Shown one piece after another: positions 30,068-40,102 of a stretch of 64,000 nt of DNA. Every line of letters begins with the position of its first letter. Positions within the stretch are counted from its first letter, which is position 1. Both the position numbers and the translations under genes were made by a program. The stretch comes from Minisyncoccota bacterium (GTDB lineage Bacteria; Patescibacteriota; Minisyncoccia; Phycocordibacterales; JBAYGS01): the NCBI GenBank assembly GCA_041666545.1, contig JBAYGS010000003.1:41086-105085 (forward strand), given 5' to 3'. Under the pieces are notes generated by a model. It worked only from the letters and a program-made list of their open reading frames with translations. It was not told the DNA's origin and searched no databases.

Positions 30068-30079
30068 AATTTCTTTAAA

Positions 30080-32584
30080 CTATTTTTGAATTAAGAAGTT
30101 GCTGGAGACTTCACCGCGATTCAAAACCGCGTCATAAACCACCACCCTTAAAGTGTTAAAGTCACTGACACTGTCGATTTCATTAGGGACAAAAGAGAAA
30201 CTAAAAGGCGTCCGGGTGGCCGAACCGGCAAAGGAACCATTAATAAAGTAGTCGGCTTTGGTGAGATTAAATCTGGACTTAGCCGAAATCGAGATGGTGA
30301 CTCGGGTGTCAGCTCGCAAAACCGCCCCGTTTTGTGGCGAAAGTACGCTAATCTGCGGGGCGTACTCCGGTTTGTGAATATCATCAAGCTGGGTAGGGAT
30401 AATTGATAGATCCTTCTCTTTGATTTGTTGATCCGCGACCCATTTTCGCACCGGCACCTCCCACAGGTTAAATTGTGGGTCTGTTGTCGGGTCGGCAGGC
30501 GCGCTGCCTAGAGGGCTGTTTCTATCTACCCAGTAAAGTAGTGAATGTACATCTGGCACAACTTTCTCCTCGCGCAGTTCAGCTGGGGTGTATTCGGTCG
30601 CCAGTTTACCAGATAACTTATCAACAAAATAATTTTGGGTACCCTGCCAAAAACCACGAAGTGGCGGTTTTAGGTTGGAGTCGATTGGATTCGGTTTAGT
30701 AAATTGTTCGTCGGGAAGCTGTGGTAAAACAGCTTGCATAAACTCTCGCCAAAGAGGGGTGATAATAAAACCAGCCACCTTCTTTTCCATCGGGCTGTTG
30801 TTGTTGTTACCTGCCCATGCGCCAACTGCTAAATTTGGTGTGTAGCCGATTACCCAAGCGTCTCGGTAGTCATTGGTAGTGCCCGTCTTGGCGGCGACCG
30901 CCTGACCCGAAAAATCGATGTAAGGTCGAGTCTTGGCGGTGTTGTCAGAAAGGATGTCACTAATTTCTCTCGCAATATCTTGAGGAATAGTTTGGAACGG
31001 ACTTCTTTTCGGTTCGTAAACAACCTGTCCATTAGGGTCCTCGACCCGTAGAATGCTGATTGGCGCGTTTCTTACACCATCATTGGCAAAAACACTGTAG
31101 CCAGAGGTCAGCTCTAAAAGAGAAACCTCGCCACCACCCAAAACTAAGGTCAAACCATACTGGTCGGCGTTACCAAGGCTTGAAATTCCCATGTCTTTGG
31201 CGACTTTCAGCGAGTCTCTGATACCTGCCAAATAGAGGACCTTAATTGAAGGAATATTCAGTGATTCAATAAGCGCGGTTCGTAGCGAAACCGGACCGCG
31301 GAATTTGCCGTCATAATTTTCTGGCATATAACATTCCGACTCGTGCTCCGCAATAATCGGCGTGCCGTCAGGGTTGCAGGTAGTTTGGAATTCTGTCTGC
31401 AAATCAAAAACAGTAGTGGCCGGCGTATAGCCTTTCATAAAAGCTGTGGCATAGACGAAAGGTTTAAAAGCCGAGCCGGGTTGGCGGTGGGCTAAAGTCA
31501 CATTGAAATTACCGTCAATTTCTTTATCAAAATAGTCCCGAGATCCAACCATCGCCAAAACCTCGCCGGTTTTCGGGTCAATTGCCACCAAGGCGGCGTT
31601 TTCGGCGTTGAAGGTGGTTTTATTTTGGAGTGCGTGTCGCTTCACGATTTCTTCGGCTTTGGCTTCCATGCCGTAGTCGAGAGTAGTGATTACCTTGTAA
31701 CCGTTTTGTTCCAAGGCGCGTTTACCAAGCAACTCTTCAAGCTGTTGTTTAACATAGAGTGAGAAGTGTGGAGCCTTAATCCCTGTATCAGATTGAAGTG
31801 CAAAGGTGACTTTTTCTTGGCTCGCCGAATCAAAGTCAGTTTGGCTGATAAACTTATTCTCCAACATTTTGGCCAGGACCAGATTTTTTCTGGAGTCCAA
31901 ATCTTTACGGTGAGAGCCGTAAGGAGAGTAATAACTCGGGGCTTGAGGCATCGCGGCGAGATAAGCGGCCTGGGCCAGGCTCAAATTTTGGGAAGAAATT
32001 CCAAAATAAGTTTTGCTGGCCTCCTCTACGCCGTAAATGCTACCCCCGTAAGGCGCGCCATTTAAATACAAAGCCAAGATCTGATCTTTGTTTAGTTGTT
32101 GCTCAAGTTTCCAGGCCAAAACCCACTCTTTGAGTTTTCTGGAAATGGTTTTGTCGGTAGTTAAAATAGAATTCTTAACAACCTGTTGGGTAATCGTTGA
32201 ACCACCTTGGGAAAAGCCACCACCGAGGATGTTTGCCAAAATGGCGCGAGCAATAGAGGTGAATTTAATGCCACGGTGCTGGTAAAACTCATTATCCTCA
32301 ATCGCAACCGTTGCGTTCTTAACGTTTCGCGAGATTTCCTCGTATGGGATGATGGTTCGCCTGGTGTTGGCGAAAACATCATAAAGCAAGACTTCACCAG
32401 TCCGGTCGTAAATTTTAGTTGATTCGGCTATTTTGTTACTTTCAAAAAAATGCAAATCCGGCACAGTGAAGGTGGAAATCCAAAAAATAAAAAGTCCTGC
32501 CAAGACCAAAACGGCCGCTCCTGCGAAGTGCCAGAAAGCTTTTTTTCTGAAGGTTTTCTCGAAACGCTTAAAGGTTAACCTCAT
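30080..32584 (-). CDS. Class A penicillin-binding protein (PBP1A family)
   Basis: EDNEFYQH, GGSTITQQ, RKLKE, SAFK, SLN, KTGTT, C-terminal Ig-like domain. Confidence 0.95.
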   Translation of the reverse strand: MRLTFKRFEKTFRKKAFWHFAGAAVLVLAGLFIFWISTFTVPDLHFFESNKIAESTKIYDRTGEVLLYDVFANTRRTIIPYEEISRNVKNATVAIEDNEFYQHRGIKFTSIARAILANILGGGFSQGGSTITQQVVKNSILTTDKTISRKLKEWVLAWKLEQQLNKDQILALYLNGAPYGGSIYGVEEASKTYFGISSQNLSLAQAAYLAAMPQAPSYYSPYGSHRKDLDSRKNLVLAKMLENKFISQTDFDSASQEKVTFALQSDTGIKAPHFSLYVKQQLEELLGKRALEQNGYKVITTLDYGMEAKAEEIVKRHALQNKTTFNAENAALVAIDPKTGEVLAMVGSRDYFDKEIDGNFNVTLAHRQPGSAFKPFVYATAFMKGYTPATTVFDLQTEFQTTCNPDGTPIIAEHESECYMPENYDGKFRGPVSLRTALIESLNIPSIKVLYLAGIRDSLKVAKDMGISSLGNADQYGLTLVLGGGEVSLLELTSGYSVFANDGVRNAPISILRVEDPNGQVVYEPKRSPFQTIPQDIAREISDILSDNTAKTRPYIDFSGQAVAAKTGTTNDYRDAWVIGYTPNLAVGAWAGNNNNSPMEKKVAGFIITPLWREFMQAVLPQLPDEQFTKPNPIDSNLKPPLRGFWQGTQNYFVDKLSGKLATEYTPAELREEKVVPDVHSLLYWVDRNSPLGSAPADPTTDPQFNLWEVPVRKWVADQQIKEKDLSIIPTQLDDIHKPEYAPQISVLSPQNGAVLRADTRVTISISAKSRFNLTKADYFINGSFAGSATRTPFSFSFVPNEIDSVSDFNTLRVVVYDAVLNRGEVSSNFLIQK

Positions 32585-32628
32585 GCTCGTCCATAGTATC
32601 ATATTTTGTTTTGTGATAAATTAGGGTT

Positions 32629-33861
32629 ATGTTCAGATGGTTTAAAGGAGTGCCGACTTTGTCGCGTGACCCAAATAAGATCGAGGAGCTTTTGACTCGC
32701 GGCGTCGAGCGAATTTTTCCTTCCCCGGAATTCCTTAAAAAGGCCTTGCTAAGTGGGCGCCAACTAAAAATTTATCTCGGTATCGATCCGACCGGGCCGA
32801 CCCTGCATCTGGGGCATGCCATCCCGATTATGAAGCTCGCTGAATTTCAAGCTTTAGGCCACCAAGTTATTCTTTTAATCGGGGACCAAACCGCCATGAT
32901 TGGCGACCCGACCGACAAAAGTGCCACTCGGCAAAAACTGACTCGGGCGGAAGTGTTGAAAAACTGCCGAAATTACAAAAAACAAGCCTCAAAAATTCTG
33001 AAATTTACCGGCACCAACAAGGCCGAACTTCGTTACAATTCGAAATGGCTCAACAAACTTTCCTTAACCAGTCTATTGGAGCTGGCCTCAAACCTGACTT
33101 ACGCTCAAACCATTAAACGTGATATGTTCCAGCAAAGGATCAGTGAGGGTCGAGACCTTTATTTGCATGAGTTTCTGTATCCTTTGATGCAGGGCTACGA
33201 TTCCGTGGCGATGGATGTTGACGGGGAAGTTGGTGGCAACGATCAAACCTTTAACATGTTGGTTGGTCGCGATTTGCTCAAAAAAATCAAAAACAAAGAA
33301 AAGTTTGTAATCACCAGCAAACTGCTGGAAGACACCTCTGGCAAGAAAATGGGGAAGACCGAAGGCAACATGGTGACTTTAAGTGATGCGCCGAACGAAA
33401 TGTTTGGAAAAATTATGAGCTGGCCGGACACCCTGATCCCAATCGGTTTGGAGCTCCTAACTTTTCTGCCGATGAATGAAGTTAAAAATCTCGTGAGCAG
33501 CCTGACTAAAGGAGTTAACCCTAAGGAGGTTAAAAGTCGGCTGGCTTTTGAGGTGGTGAAAATTTACCACAACGCTAAGGCGGCTGAAGGGGCCGTGAAA
33601 AATTTCAATGCAACGTTTAAAGCCGGAGCGATTCCCGAAAATGTTTTGACGGTAAAAACTGCTCCGGATTTGCTTTCCGAAGTTTTACTCAAAGCGAAGA
33701 TGGTGGAATCAAAAACCGAATTTCGTCGTCTGGTTTCCGAAGGAGCGATCGAGGATTTGGATGGTAAAACTAGAATTAGTAATCCAACTGCGAAGGTGGA
33801 AAAAACCACTAATCTGAAAATTGGGAAAAAAAGATTTATTAAAATCGAGGTTGAAAAGTAA
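32629..33861 (+). CDS. tyrS: Tyrosyl-tRNA synthetase
   Basis: GIDPTGPTLHLGH, YPLMQGYD, GGNDQ.FN, KMGKT, S4-like tail. Confidence 0.97.
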   Translation: MFRWFKGVPTLSRDPNKIEELLTRGVERIFPSPEFLKKALLSGRQLKIYLGIDPTGPTLHLGHAIPIMKLAEFQALGHQVILLIGDQTAMIGDPTDKSATRQKLTRAEVLKNCRNYKKQASKILKFTGTNKAELRYNSKWLNKLSLTSLLELASNLTYAQTIKRDMFQQRISEGRDLYLHEFLYPLMQGYDSVAMDVDGEVGGNDQTFNMLVGRDLLKKIKNKEKFVITSKLLEDTSGKKMGKTEGNMVTLSDAPNEMFGKIMSWPDTLIPIGLELLTFLPMNEVKNLVSSLTKGVNPKEVKSRLAFEVVKIYHNAKAAEGAVKNFNATFKAGAIPENVLTVKTAPDLLSEVLLKAKMVESKTEFRRLVSEGAIEDLDGKTRISNPTAKVEKTTNLKIGKKRFIKIEVEK

Positions 33862-33976
33862 GGAAAAAACAGTTATCCACAGGGAGCTGTTTTTTTCTAG
33901 TTTGCAAAAAATATTAGATTTGGTAAAAAGTAGGCATATCAGGCCGTGAAGCGGCAAATTAAAATTTAAACTAGGT

Positions 33977-34126
33977 ATGAATGACGAATTTGATCCAAAA
34001 GATTTAAGCCGAGACGATGACACTGTTGTCAGTGATGATCTAACAAGCGACACCATCAGTCTTGAAGATGCGATTGATGAGGAAGATGTTGAGGAGGACG
34101 ACTATACTGGTGAGACCTACGAATAG
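33977..34126 (+). CDS. 49-aa hyper-acidic microprotein (absent from ORF track)
   Basis: MNDEFDPKDLSRDDDTVVSDDLTSDTISLEDAIDEEDVEEDDYTGETYE*, followed by a terminator. Confidence 0.6.
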   Translation: MNDEFDPKDLSRDDDTVVSDDLTSDTISLEDAIDEEDVEEDDYTGETYE

Positions 34127-34133
34127 TAAAAAT

Positions 34134-34170
34134 GAAAACCCCGGCGCCGATAACGGCGCCGGGGTTTTCT
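34134..34170. terminator. Bidirectional intrinsic terminator
   Basis: GAAAACCCCGGCGCCG-ataa-CGGCGCCGGGGTTTTC. Confidence 0.85.
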
Positions 34171-34195
34171 TGTGGATTAGCTGTGGAGAAGCTGT

Positions 34196-34684
34196 TTACT
34201 CCTTGTGGAGATCGTGTTCGCTCGCCAAACAAGTTATCCCCAAGGCCACCGCGTCAAGTTCGTCATCTTGTTGTTTTTTGTCAGTCAGAACAATCAATTT
34301 TGGCAGCATCGCCATTACTTGCCGTTTGTCGCTTTTACCGTAGCCGGTGACAGCAATTTTTACCTGAAGCGGGGTGTATTCAAAAATTTTCAGACCAGCC
34401 GCTGAGGCTTCGTAAATAATAACCCCGCGTGCCTCGGCGACTCCCATCGCGGTTTTCTGATTGGTTTCGAAATAAAGTTTCTCAATCGCCAAAGCTTTCG
34501 GCTCATATTTAGAAATGACTGATTTAACCTCCCGGCCAATTTCTAAAATTCTTTCCGCCAAAGGTTTTTTGGCTGAAGTCTTGAAACACTCAGAATAAAC
34601 CACGATTTCTTTTCGTTTTGGCAGTTTTTCCAAAACGGCAACGCCAACGCGCTCATATCCGGGATCAATCGCGAGGATTCTCAT
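34196..34684 (-). CDS. ruvC: Holliday junction resolvase RuvC
   Basis: ILAIDPG, VAEARGV, EYTPLQVK, DD.LDA. Confidence 0.96.
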   Translation of the reverse strand: MRILAIDPGYERVGVAVLEKLPKRKEIVVYSECFKTSAKKPLAERILEIGREVKSVISKYEPKALAIEKLYFETNQKTAMGVAEARGVIIYEASAAGLKIFEYTPLQVKIAVTGYGKSDKRQVMAMLPKLIVLTDKKQQDDELDAVALGITCLASEHDLHKE

Positions 34685-34767
34685 AGGAGTTTGGATGTTT
34701 TGAGGTTAGGAAGTTGGGAAGTTAAACTTCTGAACTTCTAAACTTCAAGCGAAGCGAAACTAAAAAC

Positions 34768-35298
34768 TTACTCAGCGTTGGTAAAAATCTCTTGGACCTC
34801 ATCATTTTCCTCTAAAGCCTCAATCAAAGCCTCAAGCTTGGCGCCATCTTCCTCGGAAATCGGGGCCATGGTTTTCGGCATCCAGCCTTCGTGGGTTTTC
34901 TCGAAGGCCCAACTGGCGCTCCCGGGCGCGGCGAGGGCAGAACCGTGCTCCGAAAGAATAAATTTGATTTCCTGGGCGGCCTTATTGCGATTGTCGGTCA
35001 AAGCGTCAATGATGAGAGCTACTCCGCCTGGGCCATAGGCCTCATAGACAATTACCTCCATATTTTGCGAGCCGGCCTCGGTAGCCTTTTTCACGGCACG
35101 ATCAATGTTATCACTCGGCATGTTAGCGGCGCGAGCTTTTTCAATGATGCTCTTTAAGCCAGGCGAAGAAGTGTTGCCGTTAGCTTTTTTAGCTTCCAAA
35201 GTGATTAAACGGGAATATTTGGAAAAGATTTTGCTTTTCTTGGCATCCGAAACTGCCTTCTTATTTTTTACTTTTGACCATTTGTTGTGACCGGACAT
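34768..35298 (-). CDS. YebC/PmpR family protein (short form)
   Basis: MSGHNKWSKVK, YEAYGPGGVA, TDNRNK. Confidence 0.95.
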   Translation of the reverse strand: MSGHNKWSKVKNKKAVSDAKKSKIFSKYSRLITLEAKKANGNTSSPGLKSIIEKARAANMPSDNIDRAVKKATEAGSQNMEVIVYEAYGPGGVALIIDALTDNRNKAAQEIKFILSEHGSALAAPGSASWAFEKTHEGWMPKTMAPISEEDGAKLEALIEALEENDEVQEIFTNAE

Positions 35299-35508
35299 GG
35301 GAAGTGAGTAGTTAGTAGTGGGTAGTGAGTAGTAAAAGAAAGACCACTATACTTTATACCTAATATTTACCCCAGGCTACTTGACTAGTCGATTGGTTTA
35401 AGATATTACAGGAGTAGACAGAATTACAGCTCGAGCTGTTTTCGACTGTTCTTAACAAATAATCCTAAAGCATTTTAAAATGCTCCGGTAAATCAACGAG
35501 GAACCTGT

Positions 35509-36261
35509 ATGAATACAGAACCCGCAAATGTTGAAAAGACCCCTCAAATCAGAAAAACCACCTACGACCTTGGTCTTAAGATAATGGCGAATTTGCCTAA
35601 AGTTGCGCTGACCGAAGAACAAGAGCGATTTTTCCTTCAGCATCCGGGGCTTCTGGTGCCGGCCCTTCAACACGGCTTTAGCGAGCCGGAGATATTTGCC
35701 TTGGAGCCGGAGACTATCAATTGGATCAAAGGTTGGGAGAGTTTTTATGACTTGGTTTTCGGTATCAAAACCCAGTTGCTTTGGAAGGTCAAAATTCCTT
35801 TCCGTCGTGCGAAATTCAATCGCTTCATCATAGTGGTCCAAGGACTGTCAATGACTCATGTCTATAACGCCTGTGCTGGGCATTTTCCGTGCCAGTGCTA
35901 CGCTAACAACTTGGACATCTCGGTGACCGAGAATGAGCGTCACCCCACCGAACCCTATGCCATTTGGGTTAAGGATAGCGTAGAGGCCGACGAGAATCTC
36001 AAAAGTCTCTCAGCCAATCAGCTCAAAGGACAAGGTATTTGTGGCGAGACCATGCTTGAGCGAATGCTCCACGAGGTCAAACATTTCAGGGAAACCGGCA
36101 AGCATCTGGATACGGCTACGGCCACGATTTGTTCAGGTTCGCGCTATTCCGATGGTGGTGTTCCTGGCGCACGCTGGTATAACGGCGAGTTTCAGGTCGG
36201 TTGGTATGATGCGGGCCGTGTCTCTCCACGCTTACGGGCTCGCGAGGTGATAACCATCTAG
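35509..36261 (+). CDS. Hypothetical protein with CLec-like C-terminus, candidate DGR target
   Basis: TICSGSRYSDGGVPGARW...VGWY...LRAREV terminus. Confidence 0.6.
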   Translation: MNTEPANVEKTPQIRKTTYDLGLKIMANLPKVALTEEQERFFLQHPGLLVPALQHGFSEPEIFALEPETINWIKGWESFYDLVFGIKTQLLWKVKIPFRRAKFNRFIIVVQGLSMTHVYNACAGHFPCQCYANNLDISVTENERHPTEPYAIWVKDSVEADENLKSLSANQLKGQGICGETMLERMLHEVKHFRETGKHLDTATATICSGSRYSDGGVPGARWYNGEFQVGWYDAGRVSPRLRAREVITI

Positions 36262-36280
36262 ATTTTCTACCGTGCTTCTT

Positions 36281-36312
36281 GGCCGGAAACGCATCTGCGT
36301 TTCCGGCCTTTT
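36281..36312 (+). terminator. Hairpin downstream of the CLec-like gene
   Basis: GGCCGGAAACGCA-tc-TGCGTTTCCGGCC followed by TTTT. Confidence 0.75.
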
Positions 36313-36370
36313 AAATATTCGTACTGGTGCTATACTTTTAAAAACAGTTCATTTAAATGAAAGGTAAAGT

Positions 36371-36769
36371 ATGAAGCCAAAATGGCCAGCATTTATGTTG
36401 AGGCATTGGGGACCGCTACTTAATGGAAAAGGTGCCGGTCTCGCCTTTGTTTTTGCCGCTTGGGTTGCGATAACGGTGACGACACTTAGTCGACTTTTCC
36501 CATAGCCGATGAGTCGGGTCAGTACCATCCTGGCCTTTTCTCTGAGTGCTATAATAATGGAAAGTTCTTTAAATGAAAGGCTTATTGTGAAATGTTTAAG
36601 CAAGGCTTATCTTGACCAGTTTTTCGCCGAGAAGTGGGAAACATTTTGTTCCAAGTTTCCACCATTCTACCGGAAGAAGTTCGATACCGGGTATTGGCTC
36701 GCACTCGCAGCTAGCCTGTTCGCCTTTTCCTTGGCAGTGGACTACTTGATACAAATGCTTCGCCAGTGA
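36371..36769 (+). pseudogene. Membrane-protein gene interrupted by one in-frame TAG (36503-36505)
   Basis: Promoter TGcTATACT and SD GAAAGGT precede ATG 36371; its 44 codons are in frame with the 36509-36769 ORF. Confidence 0.55.
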
Positions 36770-36857
36770 GGTAAAAACAAAACGCGGCTGTCCGCGTTTT
36801 TTCATTCTTGAATCTTGAATCTAAATTCGTGAATCTATTTTTTTCTTGAATCTATTT

Positions 36858-37877
36858 TCACAGCAGTTTCCCGGAACCTTTCAGCTTCAAGTGATTATAG
36901 GCTTTCGTGGTCGCGGTTCGGCCACGCGGAGTCCGTTCGAGAAAACCGAGTTGCAATAAATACGGTTCGTGGACTTCTTCAATCGTGGCTTCCTCTTCTG
37001 AAAGAGCGGCCGACAGAGTATTTAAACCGACCGGCCCTCCGCCAAATTTTTCAATCAAAGTTATCAGCAAATTTCGGTCGGCGCCATTTAAGCCGGCTTC
37101 ATCTACTCCCAAAAGACTTAAAGCTTCAAGCGCGCTCTTTTCATTGAGTTCGCCCTTTTTAACTTGAGCAAAATCTCGACAGCGCTTCAAGAGGTAGTTG
37201 GCAGTTCGTGGCGTAAAGCGGCTTCGTTTGGCGATTTCAAAAATTGCCTGGTCGCTGATTTCAACTCCCAAAATTTTGGCCGATCTTTTAATAATCTCGG
37301 CAATCTCTTTGTCAGTGTAAAAATCCAAACGAAAAGTTCCGCCGGAGAATCGGGAGCGGAGGGGAGAGGAGAGCATGGCCACACGAGTTGTGGCGGCGAC
37401 TAAAGTGAAAGGCGGCAGCTCCAGTTGGATAGTTCTTGCCGAAGGTCCTTTGCCTATGATAATATCCAAACTTCCTGATTCCATCGCCGGATAGAGAATT
37501 TCCTCGATGGAGCGATTTAGGCGATGGATTTCGTCTATGAAAAGAATATCCCCGGCCGACAAGTTGGTGATGATTGATGCTAAATCACCGACTTTTTCGA
37601 TTGCCGGTCCGGAGGTGACTTTCATTTGGGTATTGAGCTCTTTGGCAATTAGGTGAGCAAGGGTGGTCTTCCCCAAGCCTGGTGGCCCGTAAAAAAGGAT
37701 ATGCTCCGGCGGGTGATTGCGCTCTTTAGCGGCCGTGAGGAGAATTTTCAGGTTTTCTTTGACCGAATTTTGGCCAATATATTCCTGCCAACGACTTGGA
37801 CGCAGGGTCTGGTCTAAAAATGCTTCCTCGGCCGGTTCCTTGGCTATTTTGTTGGCTTTTTCATTCAGGCTTGACAT
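36858..37877 (-). CDS. ruvB: Holliday junction branch-migration ATPase RuvB
   Basis: [34 protein letters not shown]. Confidence 0.98.
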   Translation of the reverse strand: MSSLNEKANKIAKEPAEEAFLDQTLRPSRWQEYIGQNSVKENLKILLTAAKERNHPPEHILFYGPPGLGKTTLAHLIAKELNTQMKVTSGPAIEKVGDLASIITNLSAGDILFIDEIHRLNRSIEEILYPAMESGSLDIIIGKGPSARTIQLELPPFTLVAATTRVAMLSSPLRSRFSGGTFRLDFYTDKEIAEIIKRSAKILGVEISDQAIFEIAKRSRFTPRTANYLLKRCRDFAQVKKGELNEKSALEALSLLGVDEAGLNGADRNLLITLIEKFGGGPVGLNTLSAALSEEEATIEEVHEPYLLQLGFLERTPRGRTATTKAYNHLKLKGSGKLL

Positions 37878-37976
37878 ATAAATTGTTTTATGCTAGACTA
37901 CCACTGTTATTTGAAAGAGGCGAGACGCGGTCATTATGGGCTCCAGAAATAGGGGTCATGAGATTTTAAGCTGGGC

Positions 37977-38190
37977 AATCCAGAATTTAAATCTCTAAGT
38001 AATGGATTTCACGGTCTTTAAATTCTTTTAGAGGACGTCTTGGTTTCGTATCTTCGGATATTAGGCTGATACTATCCTTGTAAAAGCGGTTTAGCTTTTG
38101 GCGTCATGCTAAAAGTATTACTTAGAGATTTAACATCTGGATTTGGGGCCCCGGTTAGAACATTTCGTTTTAACCGGGGCCTTTCGTTTT
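37977..38190 (+). ncRNA. Candidate structured ncRNA (6S-like topology) with terminator
   Basis: 37977-38003 pairs with 38117-38143; internal UUCG hairpin; terminator GGCCCCGGTTA...TAACCGGGGCC-TTTCGTTTT. Confidence 0.45.
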
Positions 38191-38284
38191 CTATCTCTCA
38201 TTATTCACGGCTTTAGCCCTCTGGCAACTGGGGATAGCGACTGCAACACCAAAAACTTTTTCTTGCAAGGAACTGTGGACAGTC

Positions 38285-39955
38285 TTACATTTCTGCTTCC
38301 AAATCAATCACTCGTTTGACCTCCTCAAGTGAAGTCAATCCGGCCAAAATTTTCATAATTCCGTCTTGTCGCATGTCGGGAATATTTTGCGCCACCGAAG
38401 CTTTTTTAATCTCTCGCTCGCTTGGGCTGGCTTCGACCACTTTTTCGATCGCCTGATCGGTAATGATGGCCTCATAAACTCCGGCGCGGCCCTTGTAGCC
38501 GGTATTGTTGCAGACAGCACAGCCGACCGGCACAAACATTTTCTCGATTGGTGGGAGCGGATCCTTAAGCTCACTTAGGATTTTCTTGAACAATTCTTGG
38601 TCGGCCGGTTCGATCGGCGCCTCCTTCTTGCAAGCCTGACAAAGTTTACGAACTAAACGTTGGGCCATCGCTAAACTCAAAGCTGAAGTGATAATTTTTG
38701 GGTTGACCTTAAGATCAATCAGTCGGGTGAAGGTCCCGGCGGCATTATTGGTGTGCAAAGTTGAGAAGACCAAGTGGCCGGTGAGTGCCGAGTTGATGGC
38801 CACACTCGCGGTTTCGCTGTCTCGGATTTCACCAACCATGATGACATCCGGATCTTGTCGCAAAGCGCTCCTTAGGCCAGAAAGGAAAGTGTAGCCCTTT
38901 TCGCTGTCGGTTTGAGTTTGCACGATTCCCGGTAAATGGTATTCGATCGGGTCTTCAATGGTGATTATCTTAATGCTTGGATCGTGGAGTTTCCGAAGCA
39001 GGGCATAGAGCGTGGTGGTTTTACCGGAACCGGTTGGGCCGGTGGTGAGCAACATGCCGTTGGGCTTGCTAATGGTTTTATTGACCAATTCCAAAAGTTT
39101 TTCACTCATCCCGAGTTGTTCGAGTGGCACCGAGATTGATTTCGGATTCAAAACGCGCATCACGATTGATTCAGCGTAGGCACCGGGCAGAACCGAAGTT
39201 CGAATTTCGATATCGGCGTCGCTCACCCCTACACTAAAACGACCGTCCTGGGCTTCTGAACCGACATTGAGCTTTAGGCCGGAGATTAATTTAATACGCG
39301 AAAGCAGTAAGCGGTAAGTTTGGCGGTCAAATTTAATTACATCGGTTAGAACACCGTCCAAACGAAAGCGAATTCGGACATACTCTTCTTCCGGTTCGAT
39401 GTGGATGTCGGAAGCGTTGATAGCCAAAGCTCCGGCCAAAATTACCTCTAAAATTTTTGAAATTTTAAAACCCTTGGTGCCCTTTAACAGTTCATAGATT
39501 TTTGAAGTGATGTCGTTTAAATTTTTAACATCTTTCATAACCGAAGCGACTTCCTCGGCGGAAATATCAAGAGCGCCGGCTTTGGATTCGCTGGCGTAAG
39601 AAAGAGTGGCATAAAGCGACCAGGCTTTTTCCAGGCTTGTGGCTGAAACCATGAAAAGGGTTAGTGCATAGCCGGCTGTTTCGAGTTTTTTCAAAACCAA
39701 CAGAGTTTTGTCGAATTGAGGGGAGAGGACCGCTACCTTTAATTTTTTTCCGGAAATGTCAAAGACTGCCATTTTAGCTTCTCGTGCTTCCGCCTCCGGC
39801 ACAAGTCGGAGGGCGTCGCTGTTAACCGGGGCGGTCAAAAGATTACCGTAGGCGATGCCATACTTACCTGACAGCAATTCGGCGGAATCTTCCGCCTCTT
39901 TCCTTAAAAGAGTTTTGATTCGTTCCTCCTGTTTGTCGTCATTAAAATCAATCAT
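38285..39955 (-). CDS. Type IV pilus / T2SS assembly ATPase (PilB/GspE)
   Basis: ASDIHIEP, GPTGSGKTTTLY, TIEDPIEY, LRQDPDVIMVGEIRD, tetra-Cys motif. Confidence 0.95.
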   Translation of the reverse strand: MIDFNDDKQEERIKTLLRKEAEDSAELLSGKYGIAYGNLLTAPVNSDALRLVPEAEAREAKMAVFDISGKKLKVAVLSPQFDKTLLVLKKLETAGYALTLFMVSATSLEKAWSLYATLSYASESKAGALDISAEEVASVMKDVKNLNDITSKIYELLKGTKGFKISKILEVILAGALAINASDIHIEPEEEYVRIRFRLDGVLTDVIKFDRQTYRLLLSRIKLISGLKLNVGSEAQDGRFSVGVSDADIEIRTSVLPGAYAESIVMRVLNPKSISVPLEQLGMSEKLLELVNKTISKPNGMLLTTGPTGSGKTTTLYALLRKLHDPSIKIITIEDPIEYHLPGIVQTQTDSEKGYTFLSGLRSALRQDPDVIMVGEIRDSETASVAINSALTGHLVFSTLHTNNAAGTFTRLIDLKVNPKIITSALSLAMAQRLVRKLCQACKKEAPIEPADQELFKKILSELKDPLPPIEKMFVPVGCAVCNNTGYKGRAGVYEAIITDQAIEKVVEASPSEREIKKASVAQNIPDMRQDGIMKILAGLTSLEEVKRVIDLEAEM

Positions 39956-40102
39956 ACGGCTAATTTTAGCTTTTTTTAGACGGGCTTACAACGCAAGAAA
40001 AAGGGGGAGGGAAAGCCCCGCCGGCCGAGGACGTCCGGCGGGGCTTGACAACTTTTTGTTTTGTGATAGGGTGGCGGGAGAACCTTCAACCAAAGGTGTT
40101 CA

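Noticed and set aside
34062-34350. 93-aa and 72-aa ORFs in the track
   Set aside because: They cross a strong terminator and overlap ruvC; the 33977-34126 frame fits better.
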